From a bacterium (lineage in GTDB: Bacteria; Zhuqueibacterota; Zhuqueibacteria; Residuimicrobiales; Krinioviventaceae), in contig OY843751.1 in assembly GCA_963693055.1 (NCBI GenBank), positions 6,048,001-6,112,000 of the forward strand: a stretch of DNA of 64,000 nucleotides. The letters are read 5' to 3'. This document shows, piece after piece, positions 20,709 to 31,672 of the stretch (within the stretch, counting starts at the first letter, position 1; every line of letters starts with the position of its first letter). A model generated the notes under the pieces. The model made no database searches, had not been told where the DNA came from, and worked only from the letters and a program-made list of their open reading frames with translations. A program made the position numbers and the translations under genes.

Positions 20709-22040
20709 GGGACTGTAAATTCGCTTGTGTTTTAAAAACAAATATTACATTTTATTAAATACAGGAGAATTTACCAATGAAACTTACACCTGAAATTATT
20801 AAACAACTTGAAAAAGATTTTGAAAATTGCAAGACAGCAGACGATCTGCTGGGCAAAAATGGTCTGGTCAAGAATTTGATTAAGGGCATATCAGACCAAA
20901 TTATGGAAGCTGAAATGACCCAGCACTTGGGCTATGAGAGACATTCTTCAGAAGGTGATAACAGTGGCAATAGTAGAAACGGTCACAGCAGCAAAACAGT
21001 GAAGACAGATTTTGGTGAAATTGACATCAAAATCCCCCGTGATCGGAATGGAGAATTTGACCCGGTACTTGTCAAAAAGCACCAGCGTGATCTGGGCAAA
21101 ATAGATGAAATTATCGTTGCCTTATATGCCAAAGGTCTGAGTACAAGAGACATCAAAGACCACCTGGAAACACTTTACGGCCTGGACGCTTCCCCAACAT
21201 TTATTTCCAATGTTACCGAACGGGTACGCGAGCTTGTCGTTGAATGGCAGTCAAGACCGTTGGATAGCGTTTATCCTATTGTTTATTTGGATGCTATCCA
21301 CTATAAGATACGTGACGAAGGGCGTATTATAAACAAGGCCGCCTATACTGTACTGGGAATCAATGGTGAAGGCTTTAAGGATTTACTTGGTATTTGGATC
21401 GACCAGTCCGAGGGCGCCAATTTCTGGCTGTCTGTTTTAACCGATATACGAAACCGTGGGGTTGAAGATATTCTGATTGCATGCGTAGATGGGCTGAAAG
21501 GCTTTCCGGATGCTATTGCCAGCATTTTTCCCGATACTGAAGTCCAGCTTTGTATCATCCATCAAATCCGTAACTCGCTTCGTTATGTTGCATCAAAACA
21601 TCAAAAAGAATTTATCAAAGATCTGAAGCTGGTTTATCAAAGCACAACTAAAGAAAACGCTGAACTGCAACTGGATCGCCTTGAACAAAAATGGGGGGTC
21701 AAATATCCCATTGTTATCAATTCCTGGAGAAAAAACTGGGACAACCTGTCCAACTATTTTAAATATCCCGAAGAAATTCGGCGAATGATCTATACCACAA
21801 ATAGTGTAGAGGCTCTGCACCGACAGCTTCGCAAAGTCACTAAAACCAAATCTCTGTTCCCCCACGATGATGCGTTGAAAAAAATGCTGTTTCTGGCCTA
21901 CAGGGATATTGCTAAAAAATGGTCGCAGCCCATCAGAAACTGGGCCTTTGTTGTTTCTCAATTTTCTATTATATTTAAAGACAGGATGAAAATCCAAATA
22001 TAGCACTACTATTCATTTACACAAAAAAGTTTACAGTCTC
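20709..22040 (+). mobile_element. IS256-family insertion sequence
   Basis: IRL GGGACTGTAAATTCGCTTGTGT / IRR rc GAGACTGTAAACTTTTTTGTGT; no matching TSD (TTTTCCAA vs TTCTTAAA). Confidence 0.9.
20777..22003 (+). CDS. IS256-family DDE transposase
   Basis: NSRNG, PRDRNG, YLDA, VDGLKG, QLCIIHQIRNS, YTTNSVE. Confidence 0.95.
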   Translation: MKLTPEIIKQLEKDFENCKTADDLLGKNGLVKNLIKGISDQIMEAEMTQHLGYERHSSEGDNSGNSRNGHSSKTVKTDFGEIDIKIPRDRNGEFDPVLVKKHQRDLGKIDEIIVALYAKGLSTRDIKDHLETLYGLDASPTFISNVTERVRELVVEWQSRPLDSVYPIVYLDAIHYKIRDEGRIINKAAYTVLGINGEGFKDLLGIWIDQSEGANFWLSVLTDIRNRGVEDILIACVDGLKGFPDAIASIFPDTEVQLCIIHQIRNSLRYVASKHQKEFIKDLKLVYQSTTKENAELQLDRLEQKWGVKYPIVINSWRKNWDNLSNYFKYPEEIRRMIYTTNSVEALHRQLRKVTKTKSLFPHDDALKKMLFLAYRDIAKKWSQPIRNWAFVVSQFSIIFKDRMKIQI

Positions 22041-22399
22041 TTCTTAAACGTAATTTTCAAACTGAGGAAAAGACGATTTAATTTACTTAATTTATTGAAT
22101 TTTAATAAAAGTTCAAATACACCTATTAATTAAAAAATCTAAAAATTAAAAAACTTCTTTTTCAATTTTAACCTATAAAGATTACCTAAATACCTTATTT
22201 TTTTTATATATTCAATATATTATTTAATCTTTCAGTTAGTTCAATTTTCCTTTGAAAAGGTATCTTGTTTTCATAATAGAATTCAAAATTATCAATAGCT
22301 AATTTTTTTTGTTGAATAGAATTGTTGTAATGCTTATCTTTGAATTTGAGAAATGGGCCAAAATTATTAAATTAGATAAAACAGAACAAAGGAGGCCCA

Positions 22400-22705
22400 T
22401 TGAGTACCCGACAACGATTTACAGCCGAAGCCAAAGTACAGATACTACGTGAACATTTGGAAAATAATGTCAAGATATCCGAATTAGCTGAAAAATATAA
22501 AGTTCATCCTGGTGTGATCCAGCGATGGAAAAAAGAACTCTTTGAAAACGCACTTGATGGTTTTTCCGGCCAGCATAAAAATCGTAAAGATAAAACCCGC
22601 AAAGAAGAACAACTTGAGCATAAAGTGATCAAAATGCAGGAAGTGATTACCGAGCTGTCAACAGAGGTGATTGATTTGCGAAAAAAGTATTTTGGGGCCC
22701 CCTGA
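22400..22705 (+). CDS. IS3 OrfA (HTH); -1 frameshift site AAAAAAG at 22681-22687
   Basis: RFTAEAK..I, LAEKY.VHP..I.RW HTH; A6G slippery site followed by GC-rich hairpin potential. Confidence 0.88.
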   Translation: MSTRQRFTAEAKVQILREHLENNVKISELAEKYKVHPGVIQRWKKELFENALDGFSGQHKNRKDKTRKEEQLEHKVIKMQEVITELSTEVIDLRKKYFGAP

Positions 22706-22779
22706 AAGATCGTTGGGTAGCCCCTGACATACGCGATGACATTATCACTACATTTGACCGGTTAAAAACACAAACCCAT

Positions 22780-23673
22780 GTGCCAGTTAACACCTTGCTC
22801 AACGCGGCAGGATTATCGTGGGCCAGGTACCATGACTGGCAAAAACGATTTGGACAACCCAATAGGCACAACAGCGATACGCCGCGCGACTTTTGGCTTG
22901 AGCCGTGGGAAAAACAGGCGATAATTGATTACAAAAAAGATCACATGGAAACCGGATATAGACGTTTAACCTATGAGATGCTGGATAACGACATTGTTGC
23001 CGTCAGCCCGTCAACAAGCTACAGGATATTGCGTCTGGCAGGCTTGACAAGTCGTTGGAATAACAAGACCTTAGAGGTAAAACGGAAAGGATTCGTGCAG
23101 CCAAAGAAACCTCATGAGCACTGGCACATGGACATATCCTATGTCAACTTTCATGGATCACACCTGTTTTTGATCTCTGTACTTGACGGATATTCCCGCT
23201 TTATTGTGCACCATGAGCTCAGAACACATATGCAGGAATACGATGTGGAGATCGTACTTCAACGGGCTCTGGAAAAATATCCGGACAAGACACCAAGGAT
23301 CATTTCAGATAATGGCACCCAGTTCATTGCCAACGATTTTAAATCCTTTTTGAGATTGAACAATCTGACACATGTACGAACATCGGTCAATCATCCACAA
23401 GCAAATGGAAAACAGGAAGCATTCCACAAGACAATCAAAAATGAATGTATTCGTGTTAAAAGCTTTCTGGGTTTGGAGGATGCGAGAAAAATAGTTGCTG
23501 AATATGTTCATGAATATAACCATAAACGACTGCATAGCGGCATAAACTATATCGCTCCGTATGATATGTTATGTGGCCGGGCTGAAATCATTTTCAAAGA
23601 ACGTGATTTGAAACTTGAACAAGCACGACAAAGACGAAAGGAAAAGGCACAACTTGAACGAAAAGCAGCTTAG
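22780..23673 (+). CDS. IS3 OrfB (integrase-like DDE domain)
   Basis: WHMDISY, VLDGYSR, ISDNGTQF, PQANGKQEAF, YNHKRLHS. Confidence 0.92.
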   Translation: MPVNTLLNAAGLSWARYHDWQKRFGQPNRHNSDTPRDFWLEPWEKQAIIDYKKDHMETGYRRLTYEMLDNDIVAVSPSTSYRILRLAGLTSRWNNKTLEVKRKGFVQPKKPHEHWHMDISYVNFHGSHLFLISVLDGYSRFIVHHELRTHMQEYDVEIVLQRALEKYPDKTPRIISDNGTQFIANDFKSFLRLNNLTHVRTSVNHPQANGKQEAFHKTIKNECIRVKSFLGLEDARKIVAEYVHEYNHKRLHSGINYIAPYDMLCGRAEIIFKERDLKLEQARQRRKEKAQLERKAA

Positions 23674-25596
23674 AGTTTTTTTTCGAATCCCTTCTCACAA
23701 GTGTTGGAAGGGTGAGGAGAAAAAACTCGGACTATAACTTATTTTAAAGTGGCCTTTTCTCAAATTTTCCTTGAACCATTACATTGTTTAATAATCGGAA
23801 GAATAAATCATTTACCCTTTTGTCTTTTTCAAATGTAACTTTTTTAAATTTATTAAGAACCGAAAACCAATTTCTACATAAATCAATATCTGTTTCCTTC
23901 TCTAATTCAATTACTTTTCTTTCTAAATAAAGATTTCTTAAATCTTCGTTAATAGATTGCTTTAAATATTCTAAAATATTTGCGTAAAATGTTCTTTTCC
24001 TTTCTGTTCCTTTAAATAATAAACCCAAATTGTCAAGCGTTTTAAATAAAGTATCTTTTGGCAAAATATTTATCTCATTAACTATTAATGGTAGATACTT
24101 ATTTTGGCTATCAATAGAAAGGTCAGATGTTTCATTTATTAGCGAATTGACTATTTTTACTTTTTGTTCAAAATCAGTAATATTGCTCCAATTATCAATT
24201 AGTAATTTATTGCTTTTCTCAACAGTTTTAACACAAATTTCAGAAAAGAGTGATATACATTTCTCAGATTGGGTTTCATCCAACATGTCAAAATAGAAAA
24301 AACAAATTTCTGTCATTTGAAATTTGGTTGTTATTGACAACTCTAGTTGTGAGTTTTGTAAAATTTTTGTAAGATGACTTAAAGTTATCGTATCCTTGTC
24401 TAAGTCTTTAAATATTTTATATAAATAGTCAATAGCTAAAGAAATTGTTTCAACATTGGGAGGTACAAGTAAATTATAAAGCAAATTTAAATATTCTTTT
24501 TGTTTGTTTACAGATAGTTTATAAAACACCAAGGATAAAATAGCACAAAAAGATGAACGTTCTTGAATAGATACTGTAGAATTGTTTGCATTTAAAATGT
24601 TTTGTGGATTATTTGGTTTAATAATTAAATCAACAAAACTGTTATTTGTATATTGTATATAATAGGTTAAAAAGCTTATTACAACATTAACAAATTCTTC
24701 ATTTTGTAATGTGATAACATTGTTTATTACGTTTGCAATCTTCTGAATAAATGATTCTTCAACTGACTCATTTATAATTGTGTTGTTGTCATTAACAAGT
24801 TTAAATATATTTTTTGTAAATTCTATTTTTTCTGGTGTAACATGATTTGACAAATTTTCAAATATATCATTATTGTCATCTGATGAAAATGTTGTTATAA
24901 AACTATTAAAAAAAGAAAGAGAGTATATTATAATTTGATCGTCATCGTTTTCAAATAGTTTTATTAATTCTTCTTTGAGTAAAGTTTTATTTTCATCTAT
25001 AAGATTATTGTGCTGAATGTTCAAAAAATTTAATATTTCATGAGTTCTTTTTATATCTTCAATATTAGAGTAATGAGGTATTTCTTTTATTAATGCTTTG
25101 ATTATATTGTTATTTAACTCTTTTGGTATTTCACTTTTTATTCTTTCTAAATCATCAAGAACATTGCTATAATAAGAGCTTGTTTTCATTAATTTTGAGT
25201 AAATAGGAATCAATTTACTAAAATTGTTTTTTATGATTCCTACCCGTAGTATTTCAAAGGCTTCCATGACTTTTTTATATTCTTCATTTTTATCCTCTTC
25301 TTCACCATCTAACTTTAACAAGTATTCCAATATATAATCAAGTATTTCGCTAAAGAAGATTTCCAAAATATCTTTATTATCTCGAAATTGAATTATTTTT
25401 TCAATAAAATATATTATATCAATAAACTCATGCTCTTCGATTTCATCCCCAGCTTCTATTTCAACATTTTGATCCAAATTTTGTTTTATAAAGGAACAAA
25501 TATATCCAATGTGTTCACTTGATGTGATCAATTTATAATTTAATAATACTTTTTCTAATATAATTTTATTGTTTTCAACATTATTTTTAATAATTA

Positions 25597-26808
25597 GAAA
25601 CATCTGAAATATTGGATTTTTTCATATTGAACTAATAAATTGAGTTCAATTTTCCAAAGAGAATGAAATATTTATAAAATCTATAACATTTAAAATTGTT
25701 CTTTGACAAAATTTACTATCATTACTCTAATACATAGGTTATATACCTACGAAATGGCTCAAGTGGTTAATGTAACCATACGCCTGATATTATAAACCCA
25801 TGCTGCAATCACAAATTCAAAACGATTTCGGCCCATATCATAATAACTGCACCGATCATAATCTAATACTTGCTTCATAAAGGCAAACGGTCTTTCAACT
25901 GCATTCCGAACTTTAGATAATTGCTTATTTCTTTTTACCTGCTTTGATGTCAAATTTCGGTTTCTATATCCTTTATCAAGAATGCCGCAATAGACTCCTT
26001 TGCCTCGCAGGTTGCACTTGCGGGCTTTGTTCGTGTAACCTTTATCTGCGAACACCGCATTTTCTTTTTCTGTTATCAGATCCGGAAAAAGATTTGTGTC
26101 GTGAATACTTGCGCTGGTAAACTCTACAGAATGAATAATATCACTGTCCAAATCTGTACCAATATGGCCTTTGTAGCCATAATGCGTTTTGCCACGTTTC
26201 TTTGTGAAATCTGCATCACGATCACGCTTGCTTCCTGGTTTCGCTTGTGCTTGTTTTATAGTTGCATCAACAAGTGTTCCTTTGCCAACGATCAGACCCA
26301 TTTTTTCAAGCTGTTTGTTGAATTGCCGGAACAGTATTTTATCAAGACCAAGACGGGCAAATAGTTCACGATATCGGCAGATAGTGGTTTCGTCAGGGAT
26401 TGCATCCGCACTGGTCAGTTCCAGAAACAATTGAAAACTACGTCGATCCGCAATCTCTTCTTCCAGGCGAGGATCGGATAAACCATAGATACGTTGTAAT
26501 AAAAAACAACGAACAATAACTAACAAATCAAATGACGGCTTGCCTGCATTTGATTTTCTGGTTTTTGATTGTTCAATACGTTCTTCAATGGGTTCAAGTA
26601 AATTTTGCCAATCAATTTTTTCTTTGATAATTTCCAGAGCTTGTTTGCTTTGGGTTTTTATATGCTTTTTGAAATTTTCATTTGCTGCTGTGGTAAACAA
26701 GTCTTCATTGTTTATTCTATTGCGACCCATGTAAAACTCCAGTTTTTTTTATCATACAGCAAATTAGTAAATTATTACCTTTGATTCTAATAATATTTCA
26801 GAGGTTTC
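25597..26808 (-). mobile_element. IS5-family insertion sequence
   Basis: 17-bp IRs GAAACATCTGAAATATT / rc GAAACCTCTGAAATATT; 5-bp TSD AATTA (25592-25596 / 26809-26813). Confidence 0.9.
25759..26730 (-). CDS. IS5-family transposase
   Basis: LSDPRLEE, IPDETTICRYR, VDATI, GYKGH, ADKGY, R.AVERPF. Confidence 0.95.
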   Translation of the reverse strand: MGRNRINNEDLFTTAANENFKKHIKTQSKQALEIIKEKIDWQNLLEPIEERIEQSKTRKSNAGKPSFDLLVIVRCFLLQRIYGLSDPRLEEEIADRRSFQLFLELTSADAIPDETTICRYRELFARLGLDKILFRQFNKQLEKMGLIVGKGTLVDATIKQAQAKPGSKRDRDADFTKKRGKTHYGYKGHIGTDLDSDIIHSVEFTSASIHDTNLFPDLITEKENAVFADKGYTNKARKCNLRGKGVYCGILDKGYRNRNLTSKQVKRNKQLSKVRNAVERPFAFMKQVLDYDRCSYYDMGRNRFEFVIAAWVYNIRRMVTLTT

Positions 26809-28780
26809 AATTAATAAGTTAATAATTATTGTTAATATTTGATTATCTAAGTGGTTATTTAAAACATTAGCACAAATAAATAACCCATTTAAATCATAAT
26901 TAATACCATCACGTATATTTTCTTTTTGAAAATTTCTATAAAAAGTTATACAAGAATTATATAACTTGTTTTCAGGGCAAATATTCAAATTTTTTACTAA
27001 AACTTGGATTGCTTTTCTTCTCTCAGTCCCAACTAGTTTATTATCAATCATAAAATTAATATGTTCGAATAAATGCTCCATTTCTGTCGATTCAGCATTT
27101 GTAAGGATTTGTTCAACTTTGGATTCAATACCATTTTTTAAAGCAATATCTAAGTCTTGTAAATAATTATTACCTACAGAGTAGCTTGTTGAATCAATTT
27201 CTAAAAATATAAATGGGGTCAAGTCCTTAACATCAATGAATTCACGAACAGATTCAAGATATAATAATAAATTTTGAATTTCTAAATCTTTTGGTTTGGA
27301 AAAAATAAGATTATCAGAATCTGTTTCAAAAAATGATTTCAATACGATCAGCTGTGTTTTACTAAAATTTTTATTGTTTTTGCTTATATCAATCATCCAA
27401 AACAATAAATCTTGATTTTTTAACAGATGATTATAAAATGTATTAAAATGTATTCTAATACTAATTATTATTGCAAGCACTCTTAAATTTGATGATACAA
27501 CATTTTCATGCATTTGTGAACGAGTGTTTTTTTCTCGATCTTTAGCTATCAATAACGCAGAAGAGAACTGATTTATTGTTGAAATAGCATTTCTCGGATT
27601 ACGTACATATTGATTGATTAAAATAAATATTACATCTTCTAATTCATGATCTGGTAGTTGAGTTAATGAATTTTTCTCATTTACCAACAAATTTTTTATA
27701 TATTGTCGCATATCGGGTATCATAAATGGTGGGATATGGATACTGAATTGAAAAAATTTTTCTAAATACTCCGCACCTTCATTATTATTTCTAGTTTTGT
27801 AAATTTCATTTGCTCTATTTATCGAGTCTTTTATGATTTCATCATCACATGCAATTATAAAAATACAACCGTTGACATCTAAAAATGTTTTTATTGTTTC
27901 AAGTGTGTTGATTACTTTTTCTTTAGAACATCTGTCTAAATCATCAATAAATACAATTTTAGTGCTTGGATCTTTTTTTATTAATTCAATGAATTCACTT
28001 TCAAATTGTTCTTCTGAATCATATTTACTAATCTTTAATTTGTATCTAGCAGTTTTTATAATATCCAATAACCAATTTATTATAGCAAGTAACAAAGGTA
28101 AAACAATGAATTGATCAAGTTTTGCAATGATATTATTCAAATTCAAACCCAAAAATTGTTCTGGAAACGAAATAATATTTAAAATTCGAATTATAATAAA
28201 CAATAAAAAAACAAAGGAAACTAGATAAAGAGGAAATCCTTTTCTAAAAAAAGTATTTTGTATTTCTTTAACATTTAGGAGTGCTGTATCAAATTCTTGA
28301 TCATGATATATTTTTCTATATAAATCATCAATAGGGATTTTGAGTTGTTGGGCAATTGTAAGAATAAATTTTCTTTTTAATGAATTTTGATCATACTTCC
28401 AAACTTTCATTTCAATAAAGTGAAAGCTTTTTCTTTTTATATCTTTTTCAAGACGTTCTCTAAGTAGATTAACAATGGATGATTTTCCAACACCCCATTT
28501 ACCAAAAACACCTATATTAAAAGGCGTTTGTTGTTTACGAATAATTTGTTCCAAAAGTGTAGTATAACTTTTGTGGTCAAACTCATCTTGATTTGAATGT
28601 TCTAATGCTTTATCAGTTAAAAAATAATTTTGTTGATCACCCTGCTTTTTATTATTCATTTTTTGAAGACCCCTAAAATTTTTATACTAAAATTATATAT
28701 AAAAATTTACGAATAATCAAGTTAAAAAAATATATAGTTTACTTTTTGTCTGGCACTTGAAAAGTACTTGGTAAAGTCCT

Positions 28781-28811
28781 GATCATGACAGAGGTAATCT
28801 CTGTCATGATC
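28781..28811. repeat. REP-like palindrome (GTGACAGA family)
   Basis: GATCATGACAGAG-GTAAT-CTCTGTCATGATC. Confidence 0.65.
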
Positions 28812-28986
28812 GTATTTAGAATTAACAATATTCATATAAACAATTAATATGTTAAAATTTTGTCACAGCACAATTTCCGTGACCATTCGTGTAATCCGTG
28901 GGCAATGTTTTCGTTTAATTTTGAGTACTTCGAGGGCAAGTATTTTGCAGCCCATCTGCCAATAGACAGACGGACTGCAAAGCAAG

Positions 28987-30387
28987 TTATTCTAATCCCG
29001 GAACACCCGGTTGGGTGAGTTTTTCAGCGGTAAAGATCTTGTCGATTTGTTCTTTGGATAGTATCCCGTCTTCTTCCACAACCTGTAAAATGGTTTTCCC
29101 CGTTTTAAGCGATTTCTTCATCACTTCCGCTGCCTGATCATAGCCAATGATCACGTTCAGCACCGTGGCGAGTCCCAGCGTGTTTTCGAAAAAGTGACGT
29201 GTCTGGTCCTCATTGACTTTGATGCCCTTGACCGCTTTTTCCGTAAACGCGGTGACGGCATTGGTCAAAATCTCCATGGAGGTGATTATGTTGTGAACAA
29301 TCACCGGCATCATTACGTTCAGCTCCAACTGTCCAGCCTGAGCTGCCATGGTAACGGTAAAATCATTACCAATGACCTGAAAACAAACCATATTCAGCAT
29401 TTCTGCCATCACGGGATTCACCTTGCCGGGCATAATGGAAGATCCGGGCTGAACCGCTGGAAGTACAATCTCGTTCATACCGGTATTGGGCCCCGAACTG
29501 AGCAATCTGAAATCGTTTGCAATACGCGTCAGTTCCAACGCGCAGGTTTTCAGCGACGCGGAAAACTGGGCGAACGAGCGCATACTCTGCATAGACTCGA
29601 AAAGGTTGGCGCTGGCACTCAATGGCGATCCCAGAAAAGCTGCCAATGCCATGGTCACCTGGTGCCGGTAATTGGGGTGCGTATTCAGACCCGAGCCGGC
29701 AGCACTGCCGCCAATTCCAAGCTCGCGCAGTTCGTCCGATGCAGATTTGACATGACGAATACATCGGTTCACGGTGCGCGCGTACGCGGCAAATTCCTGC
29801 CCCAGTGTCACAGGTACGGCATCCTGCAAATGGGTTCGGCCGCTCTTGATCACATTCTTAAACTCGTTGGATTTTTGTCCCAGTTCTTCTCCCAGATCAT
29901 ACAATCCTTTGATCAACATGGGCAGGGAACGGAGAATTGCCAAACGCATGGCAGTTGGAAACACATCGTTAGTAGACTGACCAAAATTGACATGGTCATT
30001 GGGGTGCACCTTGGCGTATTCTCCTTTTTTTCCACCCAGCAGTTCTATAGCGCGGTTGGCAATCACTTCATTCGCGTTCATATGATGCGAGGTACCGGCC
30101 CCCGCCTGGTATACATCCACCACAAACTGCTCGTGATGCTTGCCTTCCATCACTTCAATAGCGGCTTTTTCAATGGCGTTTCCCAGTTCCGGCTTTAACA
30201 ATCCCAGATCGGTGTTCACCCTGGCAGCAGCGGCTTTAATCGCTGCCGTAGCCCAGATAAAATTGGGATGCGCGTGCAGCCCACTGATGGGAAAATTGTC
30301 CACTGCGCGTTGGGTTTGTACGCCATAATAAGCGTCAGCAGGGACCTCCACAGGCCCCAGTGAATCTTTTTCGGTACGGGTTTTCAT
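28987..30387 (-). CDS. aspA: Aspartate ammonia-lyase / class II fumarase superfamily enzyme
   Basis: QAGAGTS..MNANEV, HPNDHVN..QSTNDVFPT, GRTHLQDA, GSSIMPGKVNP; AGAGTS favours aspartase over FumC. Confidence 0.75.
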   Translation of the reverse strand: MKTRTEKDSLGPVEVPADAYYGVQTQRAVDNFPISGLHAHPNFIWATAAIKAAAARVNTDLGLLKPELGNAIEKAAIEVMEGKHHEQFVVDVYQAGAGTSHHMNANEVIANRAIELLGGKKGEYAKVHPNDHVNFGQSTNDVFPTAMRLAILRSLPMLIKGLYDLGEELGQKSNEFKNVIKSGRTHLQDAVPVTLGQEFAAYARTVNRCIRHVKSASDELRELGIGGSAAGSGLNTHPNYRHQVTMALAAFLGSPLSASANLFESMQSMRSFAQFSASLKTCALELTRIANDFRLLSSGPNTGMNEIVLPAVQPGSSIMPGKVNPVMAEMLNMVCFQVIGNDFTVTMAAQAGQLELNVMMPVIVHNIITSMEILTNAVTAFTEKAVKGIKVNEDQTRHFFENTLGLATVLNVIIGYDQAAEVMKKSLKTGKTILQVVEEDGILSKEQIDKIFTAEKLTQPGVPGLE

Positions 30388-30396
30388 GTATCCCTC

Positions 30397-31668
30397 CTAT
30401 TTGTCTTCCACCTGGTAACCGGCATCCTGTACGGCGGTTACCAACTGGTCCCATGCTACCCCATTATCATGATAGACAACAACATTTTTGCTTTTCAGGT
30501 CCACTTTTACCTGTTCAACACCCTCTACACCCTCGAGCGCTTTTTGAACATGGCTGACACAATTGTTACAGGTCATATTGGGTACACTGAAATCGCTTAG
30601 TTTTTCTGAATGCGGCATGGAAATATCCTCTTTTTGTTTATTAAAAAATCTACTGAATTTTAAATTAATATATACCAGCAATCCAATCAACAGCGCTGCG
30701 GAAACCAGCTCTAACCAGTGCGGCAGCATTTGATGGTGCATGTGCTCGGTAAAGGTATACCCCAACTGCCAGCGCGACCAGATAAAGTCGAGCAGCAAGC
30801 CCAATCCCAAACTGGACAAAATTAAAGTTACCAGATATATAGCTGTTGTCTTTTTCCCCAGATACTGGCCAATTACCGTTATAGTAACAGCATTGGTTGC
30901 CGGACCCGCCAGCAATAATACAAACGCAGCACCGGGATTCAAGCCCTTCATCATTAATGCGGCGGCAATGGGTATAGAGCCCGTGGCACAAACATACAAC
31001 GGTACACTGAACGCCAGCACAATCAACATGGACTGCCAGGGAGCTGTAAATTTCTCCTGAAAAAAATCTGCCGGAATGAAATACGAGATTAAACCGCCAA
31101 TTAAAATACCAATCATTAACCATTTGCCAATTTCGCTGAGCAGATCAATAAACGCGTATTTAAATACCCGTTTGGCTCGTCCGACAAATGAGAGCTTTTC
31201 AGGTTTAATTTCTTTACCAGTGCTGCCCATTGCCTGACCTTCTTCCGGACTTTCAAGCAGGTTCGCCGTAAATCCGGAAAAAATACCGGCGAAAAAACTG
31301 GCAATAACCCGGTACACGGCAAACACCGGTCCCAGCAAGGAGTAGGTGGCAAAAATGGAATCCACTCCCGTAGTTGGCGTAGCAATGAGAAAAGACAAAA
31401 CCGATCCTCTGCTTGCACCGGCTTTACGCAATGCCATGGTAGGTGGAATAACTCCGCACGAACACAGGGGAAGCGGTATTCCAAACAATGCGGCTTTAAC
31501 TACCGATCCCATCGAACTTTTACCCAAATGTTTTGCTATCTGTTCCGCAGAAATAAACTCTTTGAGCAAACCTGCAGCCAGAAATCCGAAAATTAAATAC
31601 GGTCCCATTTCCGCAAGCAAATCAAAAGAGCTTTTTAATATGCCATATACAAATTCAAAAACTATCAT
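30397..31668 (-). CDS. SO_0444/DUF318-family metal efflux permease with C-terminal HMA domain
   Basis: PLPLCSCGVIP, YVCATGSIP, GPATN; C-terminal MTCNNC. Confidence 0.88.
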   Translation of the reverse strand: MIVFEFVYGILKSSFDLLAEMGPYLIFGFLAAGLLKEFISAEQIAKHLGKSSMGSVVKAALFGIPLPLCSCGVIPPTMALRKAGASRGSVLSFLIATPTTGVDSIFATYSLLGPVFAVYRVIASFFAGIFSGFTANLLESPEEGQAMGSTGKEIKPEKLSFVGRAKRVFKYAFIDLLSEIGKWLMIGILIGGLISYFIPADFFQEKFTAPWQSMLIVLAFSVPLYVCATGSIPIAAALMMKGLNPGAAFVLLLAGPATNAVTITVIGQYLGKKTTAIYLVTLILSSLGLGLLLDFIWSRWQLGYTFTEHMHHQMLPHWLELVSAALLIGLLVYINLKFSRFFNKQKEDISMPHSEKLSDFSVPNMTCNNCVSHVQKALEGVEGVEQVKVDLKSKNVVVYHDNGVAWDQLVTAVQDAGYQVEDK

Positions 31669-31672
31669 TTTA

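Larger units (their letters stand above)
22326..23783 (+). mobile_element. IS3-family insertion sequence
   Basis: TGTAATG...CATTACA ends with extended IR (AATTTGAGAAA..GCCA); 4-bp TSD TTGT (22322-22325 / 23784-23787). Confidence 0.93.
22204..28659 (-). pseudogene. KAP-family P-loop NTPase (~1258 aa) interrupted by IS5 and IS3; fragments 28659-26809, 25591-23784, 22321-22204
   Basis: Walker A GKWGVGKS, two TM helices, Walker B FIDDLDRC, YLEKFFQ, NPR; removing both ISs plus one TSD each gives one 3777-nt frame. Confidence 0.88.

Noticed and set aside
22041-22080. Possible 3' end of a gene (LKRNFQTEEKTI*) truncated by IS256
   Set aside because: Too short and AT-rich to distinguish from chance.
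23744-25603. Independent 619-aa hypothetical gene
   Set aside because: Its ATG lies in the IS5 end and its last residues come from the IS3 end; it is the middle of the KAP NTPase.
29194-30198. 334-aa + strand ORF
   Set aside because: Antisense shadow of the aspA-like gene; no recognisable motifs.
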